Part shown: one piece after another, positions 17,424 to 26,169 of the stretch
How the letters are laid out: every line of letters begins with the position of its first letter
Position numbering within the stretch: position 1 is the first letter of the stretch
Source: a virus
Lineage: Duplodnaviria; Caudoviricetes
Strand: one strand, 5' to 3'
DNA: 56,633 bases
IMG/VR virus record: IMGVR_UViG_3300034053_000043
Span: 1-56,633 of that record
Translations under genes and position numbers: made by a program
Notes under the pieces: model-generated
Database searches by the model: none
What the model saw: the letters and a program-made list of their open reading frames with translations, nothing else
Told to the model about the DNA's origin: nothing

Positions 17424-19339
17424 ACTACGCAGACTTTGTGCGCCGCAAGCTGTCTACTGTGCCGGCCACTGGCATAACGGCAGACGTGCGCTTGCCTGCC
17501 TCCATGTTCCCGCATCAACTTGCGCTGACAAAGTGGGCGATCAAGCGGGGCCGGGCCGCGATCTTTGCAGATACCGGGCTTGGCAAGAGCCGCATGCAGC
17601 TGGCATGGGCTGACGCCGTGCAGCGGCACACCGGCAAGCCAGTGCTGATCCTGGCGCCGCTGGCCGTGGCGCAGCAGACAGTGCAAGAGGCGCGATCGAT
17701 CGGCATCGAAGCAGCGCAGGCCAGAAGTCATGAACAAGCGACGGATGCCGGCATCGTGGTTACGAACTACGAACGTCTGCACCGCTTCGATGCTGGCTGC
17801 TTTGGAGGCGTTGTGCTGGATGAGTCGAGCTGCATCAAGCACCACGACACCAAGACCTTGCGCACGCTGCTGGACGCCTTCAAAGATACACAGTTCAAGC
17901 TGTGCGCAACTGCGACACCGGCTCCGAACGACTGGACGGAGTTGGGCACACATGCCGAGTTCCTGGGCGTGTGCACGCGGCAGGAAATGCTGGCCGAATA
18001 CTTCTGCCATGACGGCGGCGACACGAGCGTATGGCGCCTGAAGGGCCACGCGCGGCACTTGTTCTGGGCTTGGGTCAGCACCTGGGGCGCCATGATCCGC
18101 AAGCCGTCAGACCTGGGATTTGACGACAGCGCATATGAGCTTCCAGCGCTGCACATGCACGAGCATCAGGTCGACTATGAGCGCCCGCTAGACGGCATGT
18201 TGTTCGCGGCTGAAGCGCAGAGCCTGAGCGAGCGCCGTGACGCGCGCCGGTCTTCACTGGCCGAGAGAGTTGCATCGTGTGTAGCGGTGGTAAACGCAGA
18301 GCGAGGTGTTGATGGCCTGGAAGAAAGAGTATGCGGGAGCGCGCAAAGCGAAGGCCGCAGCAGACCCGGAATACAGGGCAAGGAGAAATGCTCAATCGAC
18401 AGCGGACAAAGCGGCCAGAGCGGAATACATGAGGAACTACGCGAAGGCGAACCCGGAAAAGAGAAAAACAACGCCAGAGCAGAAAGCGCAAAGAAATGCG
18501 AAGCGCCGGGAGAAGTACCGCGCCGACTCAGAATTTCGGGACAAACACAAGGCCACGGTGAAGGAGTGGCAGGCGTCGAATCCGAAGGCCAGGAAGGCGC
18601 AGCGATTGAAGCAGTACGGGATCGAAACATCGGACTTCTTAGACATGCTGGCGACACAGAACGGCCGATGCGCGATCTGCGGGCACGAGGACACGACGAA
18701 CCTCAACTTCTTTCCGCTGGTGGATCACTGCCACAAGACGGGGCGTGTGCGCGGGCTTCTTTGCATGAACTGCAACCAGGGGCTTGGCAAGTTCAAGGAC
18801 GACGTGGGTCGACTATTTGCGGCGATTGCTTACCTGAACAAGCATGGCTGATTTGGGTTGAACTCAACGACGAGCAGGACGCGTTAGAGCGAGCATTCGG
18901 GGATCGCGCTTTTTCAGTGCGCGGCCCGATGACGCCGGACGCGAAAGAAGCCGCCATTCTTGGATGGGTGGCCGGCGAGCGCCCAATCATGATTAGCAAG
19001 CCTTCGATCATGGGATGGGGCATCAATGCACAGCATGCCGCACGCATGGCGTTCGTCGGGGTGACGGACAGCTACGAAGCCTTCTATCAAGCTGTCCGCA
19101 GATCCTGGCGTTTCGGCCAAACACGCGACGTGCATGTGCATGTGTTTGCCAGCAAGGCAGAGGGCGCTGTCGTGTCAAACCTGCGCCGCAAGGAACGCGA
19201 TGCACAGGCCATGGCCGAAAGCCTGAGCGCTGAAACGCGCGATGCCGTGATGGCCGAAGTCACTGGCCTGAAGCGCGAGACAAATGCCTACGGCGCAAGC
19301 AAGCGCGTAACAGTCCCCTCATTTTTGGAGGCAGCATGA
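17420..19339 (+). CDS. SNF2-like SF2 helicase with about 180 aa of in-frame insertion
   Basis: DTGLGKS, DESS, TATPAPND, GWGINAQ, QAVRRSWRFGQ; the insert is the alternate frame of the EndoVII gene. Confidence 0.85.
   Translation: MNYADFVRRKLSTVPATGITADVRLPASMFPHQLALTKWAIKRGRAAIFADTGLGKSRMQLAWADAVQRHTGKPVLILAPLAVAQQTVQEARSIGIEAAQARSHEQATDAGIVVTNYERLHRFDAGCFGGVVLDESSCIKHHDTKTLRTLLDAFKDTQFKLCATATPAPNDWTELGTHAEFLGVCTRQEMLAEYFCHDGGDTSVWRLKGHARHLFWAWVSTWGAMIRKPSDLGFDDSAYELPALHMHEHQVDYERPLDGMLFAAEAQSLSERRDARRSSLAERVASCVAVVNAERGVDGLEERVCGSAQSEGRSRPGIQGKEKCSIDSGQSGQSGIHEELREGEPGKEKNNARAESAKKCEAPGEVPRRLRISGQTQGHGEGVAGVESEGQEGAAIEAVRDRNIGLLRHAGDTERPMRDLRARGHDEPQLLSAGGSLPQDGACARASLHELQPGAWQVQGRRGSTICGDCLPEQAWLIWVELNDEQDALERAFGDRAFSVRGPMTPDAKEAAILGWVAGERPIMISKPSIMGWGINAQHAARMAFVGVTDSYEAFYQAVRRSWRFGQTRDVHVHVFASKAEGAVVSNLRRKERDAQAMAESLSAETRDAVMAEVTGLKRETNAYGASKRVTVPSFLEAA
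18312..18851 (+). CDS. recombination endonuclease VII-family homing endonuclease nested in the helicase
   Basis: QNGRCAIC...VDHCHKTGRVRGLLCMNCNQGLGKFKDD; GAGGTG RBS. Confidence 0.92.
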   Translation: MAWKKEYAGARKAKAAADPEYRARRNAQSTADKAARAEYMRNYAKANPEKRKTTPEQKAQRNAKRREKYRADSEFRDKHKATVKEWQASNPKARKAQRLKQYGIETSDFLDMLATQNGRCAICGHEDTTNLNFFPLVDHCHKTGRVRGLLCMNCNQGLGKFKDDVGRLFAAIAYLNKHG

Positions 19340-19506
19340 CCATTGTCTGTGACAAGCAATTCACGCCGCAGGCCGCCGAGGCCGCGACAGATGTCGGAGC
19401 CGACGACTACGACAACGCAGCACCTGAAGGCGCCTTTATCGCGGTGATGACGGTTGTCTTGACTGCCTTGATCGCCATCGCAGCAATCGCGGCCATTGCC
19501 GCCTGA
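19336..19506 (+). CDS. small membrane protein
   Basis: Hand translation; GGAGG RBS, ATGA overlap, C-terminal TM segment. Confidence 0.55.
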   Translation: MTIVCDKQFTPQAAEAATDVGADDYDNAAPEGAFIAVMTVVLTALIAIAAIAAIAA

Positions 19507-19587
19507 GTTTTCCGGGCCTGCCTACGCGCTGCCCGCGCACTGTGGACCCAGAGGGCGGCAGGCCCACCTAACACCGAGGAAGAAATC

Positions 19588-19731
19588 ATGATCGACATCG
19601 AAGCCCTGATGCTCACTCCCTGGCCGTTCCCGGTTGAGCCGGTGAAGGCCGATGACTATTCGGCCGAGCAGCCGGCCGACGATCCGCAACAGATTGACCC
19701 GGCAGGAACCTACTGTGGGGACGAAGAATGA
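19588..19731 (+). CDS. small acidic protein
   Basis: GAGGA RBS; ATGA overlap with erf. Confidence 0.45.
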   Translation: MIDIEALMLTPWPFPVEPVKADDYSAEQPADDPQQIDPAGTYCGDEE

Positions 19732-20345
19732 ACGACTGCAAGCAAGTCAGCGGCGCGCTTGTCAAAGCACAGCGCGACTTCGGGCCGGCCCTGAAGGACA
19801 AGACGAACCCTGCATTCCGCTCGAAGTATGCAGACCTCGGCGCCTGCATCGACGCGGTGATCGAAGCACTCAACGCAAACGGGATTGCTCTGATCCAACG
19901 CACGCTTCCGTGCGAGTCTGGTGTGACCGTCGAGACTGTGTTCGTGCACGAGTCCGGCGAGTCGCTGTCGTGCGGACCACTGCACGTTCCTGCCGCAAAG
20001 CAAGACCCGCAGGGCTACGGTTCTGCACTGACCTATGCGCGCCGTTACAGCCTGATGAGCGCATGCGGCATTGCGCCAGAGGATGATGACGGCAACGCTG
20101 GCAGCAAACGGCCGGATCCCAAGCCCGAGCAAAAGCCTAACCCAAAGGCAGACAAGCCGGCTATCGACATGAGCCCGAAGGCTCGCGCATCACGCATCGC
20201 TGTAGGCGTTGCAGCTGGCGACGCTACCGGCGCGGCTGAATCGATGGCTTCGATGGACGAACAGACGCTGAACGCGATCTGGGCACACCTTGACGAGAAA
20301 ACGCAGGCAAAGCTCACGGCTGCATGGCCGAAGGTGGCAGCATGA
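19728..20345 (+). CDS. erf: ERF-family ssDNA annealing protein
   Basis: NPAFRSKYADL...HESGE...GSALTYARRY...EDDDGN. Confidence 0.92.
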   Translation: MNDCKQVSGALVKAQRDFGPALKDKTNPAFRSKYADLGACIDAVIEALNANGIALIQRTLPCESGVTVETVFVHESGESLSCGPLHVPAAKQDPQGYGSALTYARRYSLMSACGIAPEDDDGNAGSKRPDPKPEQKPNPKADKPAIDMSPKARASRIAVGVAAGDATGAAESMASMDEQTLNAIWAHLDEKTQAKLTAAWPKVAA

Positions 20346-20842
20346 GCGGCATCACCTTGCACAGCGCCGTCGAGTCCGTGCGTGACTTGCTCGATCAGAT
20401 CGACTCCGAAACCGGAGAGCTACCGGCCGAGTACGAACAGGCCCGCGCCATCGTCGCCACCAAGGCCACGGCTGTTGCGGCGTACATCCTGCAAACGGAG
20501 CGCGAAGCCGACATGGCGGCGGAGTACGTCAAAGAGTTGCAGACGAAGGTCAAGGCCCACAAGCGCCGCGCCGACTGGCTGCGCACCTACCTGCGAGAAC
20601 ACATGGCGGCCGCAGGCATCACGAAAATCAGCGACGAACGCTGTGTGCTGACTGCGACTCTTTCGGTCGGACGCGACAAGTCAGTTGAAGTTTTCGACGC
20701 GGCCCAGGTGCCGGCAGAGTACATGCGAGTCATCCCTGCGACGACTGAGCCTGACAAGCGCGCGATTGGTGCTGCGCTTGAGATGGGCAAAGAAGTCGGC
20801 GGCGCAAGGATCGTTGCGCGTGATCGATTGACGATCAAATAG
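20342..20842 (+). CDS. siphovirus Gp157-like protein
   Basis: Coiled coil plus VPAEY...PDKRAI...GKEVGGA; next to erf. Confidence 0.8.
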   Translation: MSGITLHSAVESVRDLLDQIDSETGELPAEYEQARAIVATKATAVAAYILQTEREADMAAEYVKELQTKVKAHKRRADWLRTYLREHMAAAGITKISDERCVLTATLSVGRDKSVEVFDAAQVPAEYMRVIPATTEPDKRAIGAALEMGKEVGGARIVARDRLTIK

Positions 20843-20850
20843 TCACGACG

Positions 20851-21267
20851 ATGGCACCCGACTTCCTTCTCGTCAGCGACAACATCGCACGCAACCCGAT
20901 TTGCCGCGCTGTGGCAAGGCATAACCTGCAAGCAGCGGTGCGCGACTTCTCGATCCGCCTGCGGATGCTTGCTGACGGCGAAGACGCGCGGCTAGACGGG
21001 CTTGCAGCAGCACGCACGCTGGCAGTCGCTATCCGCGTGCTCGATCAGCGCGACCTGGGCGATACGCCTGATGCACGAGTCATGCGCGGAGGCATGGAGT
21101 GCTTGGTACAGCTTGCCGGGCGCAAGTGGAAGTGGCGAGCGTCTGACGCGGCGGCTGTTGATGTTGCGCTCGACAGGGCGCAAGGCGTGTACCGCACGGC
21201 TACGGCCCGAGAGCAGCACAGCGCTTATCGGTATGTGATGGATCTTGAAATGGAGCCGAAGCAGTGA
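20851..21267 (+). CDS. hypothetical protein
   Basis: Operon-spaced ORF. Confidence 0.65.
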   Translation: MAPDFLLVSDNIARNPICRAVARHNLQAAVRDFSIRLRMLADGEDARLDGLAAARTLAVAIRVLDQRDLGDTPDARVMRGGMECLVQLAGRKWKWRASDAAAVDVALDRAQGVYRTATAREQHSAYRYVMDLEMEPKQ

Positions 21268-21614
21268 CAGACCGCGAAATGCTCATCCTGGCAGCGAAGG
21301 CGGCTGGGTACACCATCAACCGTAGCTTGATGGCTGAGCGAGAGGCTGCAATGCCTAACGCTGTAGCGCTCGCATTGGCCGGTGTGTGTACGTGGTGGGA
21401 TCCACTCACAGACTCAGGCCAAGCGCTGGAGTTGGCTGTGAAGCTGCACCTATACCTGCGACCGATGTCTTTCCTCGGGCAAGACGGCGGGAGTGTTATC
21501 GCTGGTGTTGCCGACTGGACAGGCGTTGAGGAACAAGTCAACAACGACCCCTGCGCCGCCACCCGCCGCGCCATCACCAGAGCAGCCGCCGAGATTGGAA
21601 GGACGATGACGTGA
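21264..21614 (+). CDS. phage hypothetical protein
   Basis: WDPLTDSGQALELAVKL...ATRRAITRAAAEIG motif. Confidence 0.75.
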   Translation: MTDREMLILAAKAAGYTINRSLMAEREAAMPNAVALALAGVCTWWDPLTDSGQALELAVKLHLYLRPMSFLGQDGGSVIAGVADWTGVEEQVNNDPCAATRRAITRAAAEIGRTMT

Positions 21615-21635
21615 CCAGAAACGAAAGGACTGAAG

Positions 21636-21941
21636 ATGACACCGCAACAGGCATACGAAAAACGCTATGCGTCCGTAGACAACGGCGCACATACCTGGGC
21701 CGTGGCGCCACGGCATGTGCAAGACATTTGGATGGCCGCGTGGACCATTGCTAGCGCGATGCACACTGCCGAGGAACGGGAGCGCTGCGCCAAGCTGTGC
21801 GACGAGTGGGCGCGCATCTGCGACAGCGGCAAACGCCACGGCGCCAAGGTAGGCGCGCAGGAATGCGCAAGGCTGATTCGCACAGTAGACGACGCCGATA
21901 ACAGCGAAGGCTCTGCCAAGAATCACGGGCTTGAGCCATGA
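21636..21941 (+). CDS. hypothetical protein
   Basis: AAGGA RBS; ERERCAKLC motif. Confidence 0.65.
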   Translation: MTPQQAYEKRYASVDNGAHTWAVAPRHVQDIWMAAWTIASAMHTAEERERCAKLCDEWARICDSGKRHGAKVGAQECARLIRTVDDADNSEGSAKNHGLEP

Positions 21942-22162
21942 CGCGACCGGACTATTGCCCTATTGGCGGGCAACCCTGCCAGTCGATGTGTGTTGAGAAA
22001 TGCAGCGTGCTCAACAAGACCTGCGACACATGCAACGCCAGTCATGCAAACACGGTGCCGCGCATGGTGCGCTGCGGTACATGCGTGGCGACGGAAGCTG
22101 GCAACACAAAGTGGCGACCAAATGGCGAGCCTAACGCTGCCGGTAAGGCGCCGGCCCGCTAG
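21938..22162 (+). CDS. Cys-rich hypothetical protein
   Basis: ATGA coupling; stop codon lies inside the attC. Confidence 0.55.
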   Translation: MTRPDYCPIGGQPCQSMCVEKCSVLNKTCDTCNASHANTVPRMVRCGTCVATEAGNTKWRPNGEPNAAGKAPAR

Positions 22163-22192
22163 GGCCGGTCGCCCTTGACCGGCGTGTTAGGC
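22129..22192 (-). mobile_element. attC site
   Basis: - strand: GCCTAAC-N5-GGTCAAGG...CCTTACC-N6-GTTAGGC; canonical spacing with the extra C in L''. Confidence 0.9.
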
Positions 22193-22217
22193 CCCACCGT
22201 GAACGAAAGCACTGACG

Positions 22218-22439
22218 ATGGCACGCAAGAGATTCAGGTGGACGCGCAAAGCCTACAAGCAGGCCGACTGGATGGCGCGCTTCTACGGCCGGCATATCTA
22301 CGAGCTGCCGGAGCGACCACCACCGCTGCTGCAACGGTACTTTGCCCTGTGGGAGCGCCACAGACAGAACGATGACCCACTGCTGGTGCCGCTGCGCCAG
22401 CGGCCTGGATACGCTGACGATGACGGGATACCGTTTTAG
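22218..22439 (+). CDS. hypothetical protein
   Basis: ORF ending DDDGIPF. Confidence 0.6.
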   Translation: MARKRFRWTRKAYKQADWMARFYGRHIYELPERPPPLLQRYFALWERHRQNDDPLLVPLRQRPGYADDDGIPF

Positions 22440-22447
22440 GAGGAACG

Positions 22448-22651
22448 ATGGCTGACGGACACATCACCGTGACGATTGACAACCCTGACGTGGTGGCAGA
22501 CGCGGTGCGTTTCCGCTGGCTGTGCCTGCACCCAGACTGGCACTTTATCGAGCGCCTGTGCCGCGAGTTCGCGGCCGACAGCGGCGCCGCATTTTTGAAC
22601 GAGATGCGCCGCGTGATTGACGCGCGCCGCTCGGTGGAACTGGACCCCTAG
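22448..22651 (+). CDS. hypothetical protein
   Basis: GGAGG RBS; DAVRFRWL. Confidence 0.65.
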   Translation: MADGHITVTIDNPDVVADAVRFRWLCLHPDWHFIERLCREFAADSGAAFLNEMRRVIDARRSVELDP

Positions 22652-22659
22652 TAAGCGAC

Positions 22660-22974
22660 ATGACCAAGCATACCGAGAACAGCGAGCGCGGCCAGCCGTT
22701 GGGGCTCCCGTTGAACGACGGGTTAGGCCCGCTGCCTCCAGGCAATGAGCCGTGGTGCTTTGCGTACACCAGCGCCGACATGAAGGCCTATGCGCTGGCC
22801 GAAGTGCGCAAAGCCGTGGACGCAGAGCGCGAGCGGTGCGCCAAACTGTGCGAGCCAACAAGGCCGCGTCCTTGCAACTGCGAGCGCTGCGACTGCGGGA
22901 ACGCGACCGACGCCCGCATGGTTGCGGAGTGGGACGAAGCGGCTGCGATGGCGCGGCGCATTCGTGGTGCCTAA
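22660..22974 (+). CDS. hypothetical cassette protein
   Basis: N-terminus encoded by the attC half-site; TAA stop inside GCCTAAC. Confidence 0.65.
   Translation: MTKHTENSERGQPLGLPLNDGLGPLPPGNEPWCFAYTSADMKAYALAEVRKAVDAERERCAKLCEPTRPRPCNCERCDCGNATDARMVAEWDEAAAMARRIRGA
22696..22728 (-). mobile_element. attC half-site (R'' and L'' only)
   Basis: + strand CGTTGAAC-N5-GTTAGGC; partner arm absent. Confidence 0.6.
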
Positions 22975-23037
22975 CGACCTAGCTAAGCCGCCTGGCGCGG
23001 CTTTATGCGACAGGTCGGCTTGAGCGACGAGTTGGCC
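22969..23037 (-). mobile_element. attC site
   Basis: + strand GCCTAAC-N6-GCTAAGC...GCTTGAGC-N5-GTTGGCC. Confidence 0.9.
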
Positions 23038-23054
23038 GGCACCGGAGATAGACG

Positions 23055-23807
23055 ATGGATTATGTGATTTCAGCGAGCTACGGAAACGACAGCATGGCGA
23101 TGATGCAGTGGGCGCACGAACACGGCCTGCAAGGCGTGACGGTTGCCTACTGCGACACCGGCTGGGCCGCGCCTGGCTGGGAACTGCGCGTAGCAGAAGG
23201 CGAGGCGCTGGCGCTGCGCCTGGGGTTCGCAACGGTGCAACTGCAAAGCATGGGCATGGAAGCGCTGGTGCGGATGAAAAAAGGCTTCCCCGGCAACGGG
23301 CAGCAGTTCTGCACCGCATGGCTGAAAGGCTTGCCTTTCCTTCAATGGATCGACGAGGCCGACCCGGAGCGCACGGCGGTTGTGATGGTGGGCAAGCGCC
23401 GCGACGAGAGCGAGAACCGCAAGGACACGCCGGAATGGATTGAGGCGAGCGAATACCATGGCGAGCGCCGGCTGTGGCACCCGCTCTACCTGCACTCGGA
23501 CGGCGACCGCGATGCACTGCTGACGCGCGCAGGCGTGAAGAAGCTACCGCACCGGAGCGACGAATGCAGCCCATGCGTGAATGCGAACCGCGACGATCTG
23601 CGGCGGTTGAGCGGCCGGCAGATTGGCAAGACGGCCGCACTCGAAGCCGATGTAGGGCAGCCGATGTTCCGCGCCGCGAAGCACGGCGGGGCGGTAGGAA
23701 TTGAGCAGGCCATCCAGTGGGCGAAATACTCACCTGGGCAATACAAGCCCGGCATGGATGACCTTTTTGTGGTCGGCTGCGGCTCGCCCTTCGGGTGCGG
23801 AACGTGA
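23055..23807 (+). CDS. PAPS reductase-family (PP-loop) protein
   Basis: SASYGNDS PP-loop, CDTGW, FCTAWLK, GKRRDES..R, C.PC, GCG. Confidence 0.8.
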   Translation: MDYVISASYGNDSMAMMQWAHEHGLQGVTVAYCDTGWAAPGWELRVAEGEALALRLGFATVQLQSMGMEALVRMKKGFPGNGQQFCTAWLKGLPFLQWIDEADPERTAVVMVGKRRDESENRKDTPEWIEASEYHGERRLWHPLYLHSDGDRDALLTRAGVKKLPHRSDECSPCVNANRDDLRRLSGRQIGKTAALEADVGQPMFRAAKHGGAVGIEQAIQWAKYSPGQYKPGMDDLFVVGCGSPFGCGT

Positions 23808-23808
23808 C

Positions 23809-23866
23809 GGCCAACGTTTGACATAACCGGCAGCCGGAGGCTGTCCGGTTGATGGAATGGTTATGT
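23809..23866 (-). mobile_element. attC site
   Basis: + strand GGCCAAC-N6-CATAACC...GGTTGATG-N5-GTTATGT. Confidence 0.9.
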
Positions 23867-23885
23867 GTCTGGTGGAGGAAACAAG

Positions 23886-24077
23886 ATGCCAATTGAATGC
23901 GAGAAACTGAGGAACGCGCCATACGCCAGAGAGAAGTGCAAGCACTGCGGCGAGCCGTTTCCTGAATTCATGCGCGGCGAGGTTCAAAGTGGGTGGCGTC
24001 GCTTATTTGGGCTGGCTTACTGCGCGGTGATCTGTCACAAGTGCAAGCGGCTCACTGGGTGGGAGAAACCACGATGA
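23886..24077 (+). CDS. small zinc-finger protein
   Basis: GGAGG RBS; two CxxC. Confidence 0.65.
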   Translation: MPIECEKLRNAPYAREKCKHCGEPFPEFMRGEVQSGWRRLFGLAYCAVICHKCKRLTGWEKPR

Positions 24078-24301
24078 AGAAGGCGAGCCATTGCGACGAG
24101 TGCAAGCATGCAAGCGTGAAGTGGTTTTTGTATCGCGGGCCGCCTGCATTCGATGTGCTCACATGCGCGAAGAAACACAAGCCACGTTTCTACCAGCCGA
24201 AAAGCAACCCGCACGATTGCAACTGGGGATGGAAGCGAGTGTGCAACGAGTTCGAGACACATAACGTCCGAGGTAAGCCGCGCCGCCAGGCGTCGGCTTG
24301 A
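24074..24301 (+). CDS. Cys-rich hypothetical protein
   Basis: ATGA coupling; reads into the attC. Confidence 0.6.
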   Translation: MKKASHCDECKHASVKWFLYRGPPAFDVLTCAKKHKPRFYQPKSNPHDCNWGWKRVCNEFETHNVRGKPRRQASA

Positions 24302-24315
24302 GCGAAGTGTTAGGC
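24259..24315 (-). mobile_element. attC site
   Basis: + strand ACATAAC-N6-GGTAAGC...GCTTGAGC-N5-GTTAGGC. Confidence 0.9.
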
Positions 24316-24375
24316 AGCATTAGCGCCGGAGCGCGCCATTGTTTGCAGTGTTACAACTTTCTTTTGCTAGACCCC

Positions 24376-24404
24376 TTGCGGATGTTTGATTGTCGTACTA
24401 CAGT
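24376..24404 (+). promoter_or_regulatory. cassette-internal sigma70-like promoter
   Basis: TTGCGG-17 bp-TACAGT in an AT-rich gap. Confidence 0.5.
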
Positions 24405-24437
24405 ACACCCATCGACACACCAACCCGGAGACAGCAA

Positions 24438-24617
24438 ATGAACGGCTTTCAAGTTAACCAAATCGTCGCAGGCAAGTTCGGCAAGTTCGTGATCCTGGCC
24501 TTTCGCACCATCGGCGGCGAACAGTACGCGCAGGTGAAGGAGTACGACGAAGTGACTGGCAAAACTCGGCGCGGCGAAATGTCCCTGCCGCTGACCGCGC
24601 TAAAGGCGGTGGCGTGA
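24438..24617 (+). CDS. small beta-rich hypothetical protein
   Basis: GGAG RBS. Confidence 0.65.
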   Translation: MNGFQVNQIVAGKFGKFVILAFRTIGGEQYAQVKEYDEVTGKTRRGEMSLPLTALKAVA

Positions 24618-24781
24618 TGCGAGGCGGCCCAGGGCGAGGCCAGGGGCGAAAGCCCCTGCCGGCAGAAGAGGCCACCAAGCCGCGCAGCGTGCGATTGAAC
24701 GATGCGCGCTGGGAAAAGTTGAAGCGCCTTGGGGCTGAGTGGCTGGCGCGACAAATTGACAAAGCAAAGGAGCCGCAGTGA
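24617..24781 (+). CDS. 54-aa RHH-like DNA-binding protein (below the ORF track cutoff)
   Basis: MRGGPGRGQGRKP...RSVRLNDARWEKLKRLGAEWLARQID; TGATG/GTGA coupling. Confidence 0.7.
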   Translation: MRGGPGRGQGRKPLPAEEATKPRSVRLNDARWEKLKRLGAEWLARQIDKAKEPQ

Positions 24782-25302
24782 CTGAACCTGTTGCATGGAT
24801 GGTCGTCAACAACGACGGACGAGACGCTTTTGTCACAGCCGACCCGCTGCTGGCAAATGTCAATCTAGGCCAGCGTGCGCTGCCACTTTACGCGGCGCCA
24901 GTGATGGACACCTGCGCGAACGTGCGCAGCAGCAGGCCAACCAGTGGCGGCGGCTTTGTGGAACGCGAGCTTGCAGTGGCGCGTGGCCTGGCAGCGTGCC
25001 GTGGTGACGATGCGCGACTTGACGAAGCCGACACCGAACTAGCCGACCTTCGGCAAGCGTGCCGCGAGGGCTGGCGCTACGCGGCCGAACTGGAAGAGGA
25101 ACGCAAGCGCCTGCAAGCCGAGCTTGACCGCATGAAGCGATACGCGGCCGTGGCGTTGGACGTTTGCACCACGTTCTCAGAAGAAATGGGGGATGGCGGG
25201 CATTGGCTGCCGCGCTGGAAGGTGCTTGCGGTATTCGCCACGCAAGAGGCGGCGACGGCACTGGCCGACACGCTGCGCCGGCCGGCTGTTGATGCTGCAT
25301 AA
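24778..25302 (+). CDS. hypothetical protein
   Basis: EPVAW...PLYAAP motif; TAA stop inside GCATAAC. Confidence 0.7.
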   Translation: MTEPVAWMVVNNDGRDAFVTADPLLANVNLGQRALPLYAAPVMDTCANVRSSRPTSGGGFVERELAVARGLAACRGDDARLDEADTELADLRQACREGWRYAAELEEERKRLQAELDRMKRYAAVALDVCTTFSEEMGDGGHWLPRWKVLAVFATQEAATALADTLRRPAVDAA

Positions 25303-25389
25303 CGTTCAAGGTAACAGGCCGCCGCGTGACCAAGGTTGAGTAAACGAGACGAGCTTATTTCGGCGGTCCTGTTGACCGCAATGTTAGCC
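25297..25389 (-). mobile_element. attC site
   Basis: + strand GCATAAC-N6-GGTAACA...TGTTGACC-N5-GTTAGCC. Confidence 0.88.
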
Positions 25390-25413
25390 GGCTGGTGGCT
25401 ACGAAGAAAAGGA

Positions 25414-26052
25414 ATGACGATGGCGGAGAAAATCACTATTGGAAATGCCGAGTTGTGGCACGGAGACTGCCGCGAAGTGCTGCCGGTGTTGCCAGCGTGC
25501 GACCTGATTTTGACCGACCCACCGTATGGAATTGGCGCAGACAAGGTGAAGGCGCATAGCTCGATACGGGACAACGAAGCATGGGAGAAAGCCGATTGGG
25601 ACAACGCGACGCCGCCGGCTTGGGTGTTCGGCTTGATGCGAGAGAAGGCCGGCACGCTCATGGTTTGGGGCGGCAACTACTTTGCCGACATGCTGCCGGC
25701 CACAAGCGGGTGGCTGTGCTGGCGGAAGCCCGAAGCAGAAACAGGGTTTTCACTCGCCGACATTGAACTGTGCTGGACGAGCCTGAGCTTTGCCGCCCGA
25801 ACCAAGACGCTGCCGCGCCGAGACGGAAACGAACACCCGACGCAAAAGCCGGTGGCGCTGATTGAATGGGCGATGACGTTCGCGCCGAAGGCGGAAACGG
25901 TTTGCGACCCGTATATGGGGAGCGGGACGACCGGCGTAGCGTGCGCCAACATGGGTAAACAGTTTGTCGGGATTGAACGCGAACGCCGGTACTTTGATAT
26001 TGCCTGCGAGCGGATTGCCCGCGCACAGGCACAAGAGCGGCTGTTCGCATGA
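25414..26052 (+). CDS. DNA adenine/N4-C methyltransferase (beta class)
   Basis: TDPPYG, HPTQKPV, DPYMGSGTT. Confidence 0.92.
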   Translation: MTMAEKITIGNAELWHGDCREVLPVLPACDLILTDPPYGIGADKVKAHSSIRDNEAWEKADWDNATPPAWVFGLMREKAGTLMVWGGNYFADMLPATSGWLCWRKPEAETGFSLADIELCWTSLSFAARTKTLPRRDGNEHPTQKPVALIEWAMTFAPKAETVCDPYMGSGTTGVACANMGKQFVGIERERRYFDIACERIARAQAQERLFA

Positions 26053-26056
26053 AGAC

Positions 26057-26169
26057 GGCTAACGCAAAGTTGACCGGGAGCCAACGCGATGACCAATGAA
26101 CACCCCGAAGCGCGCGACGGCGCGCAGACCGCCGAGCCGTTGGCTCTCCGGTCGAACGACCAGTTAGGC
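26057..26169 (-). mobile_element. attC site containing the start codon of the next gene
   Basis: + strand GGCTAAC-N5-GTTGACC...GGTCGAAC-N5-GTTAGGC; ATG at 26089 is in the variable region. Confidence 0.85.

Noticed and set aside
18300-18851. Intein or group I/II intron in the helicase
   Set aside because: No intein terminal residues in the helicase frame, and no flanking sequence for a ribozyme core
23055-23807. Sulfate-assimilation cysH or a complete Dnd/Ssp phosphorothioation system
   Set aside because: Only family-level motifs are present and no partner genes were found
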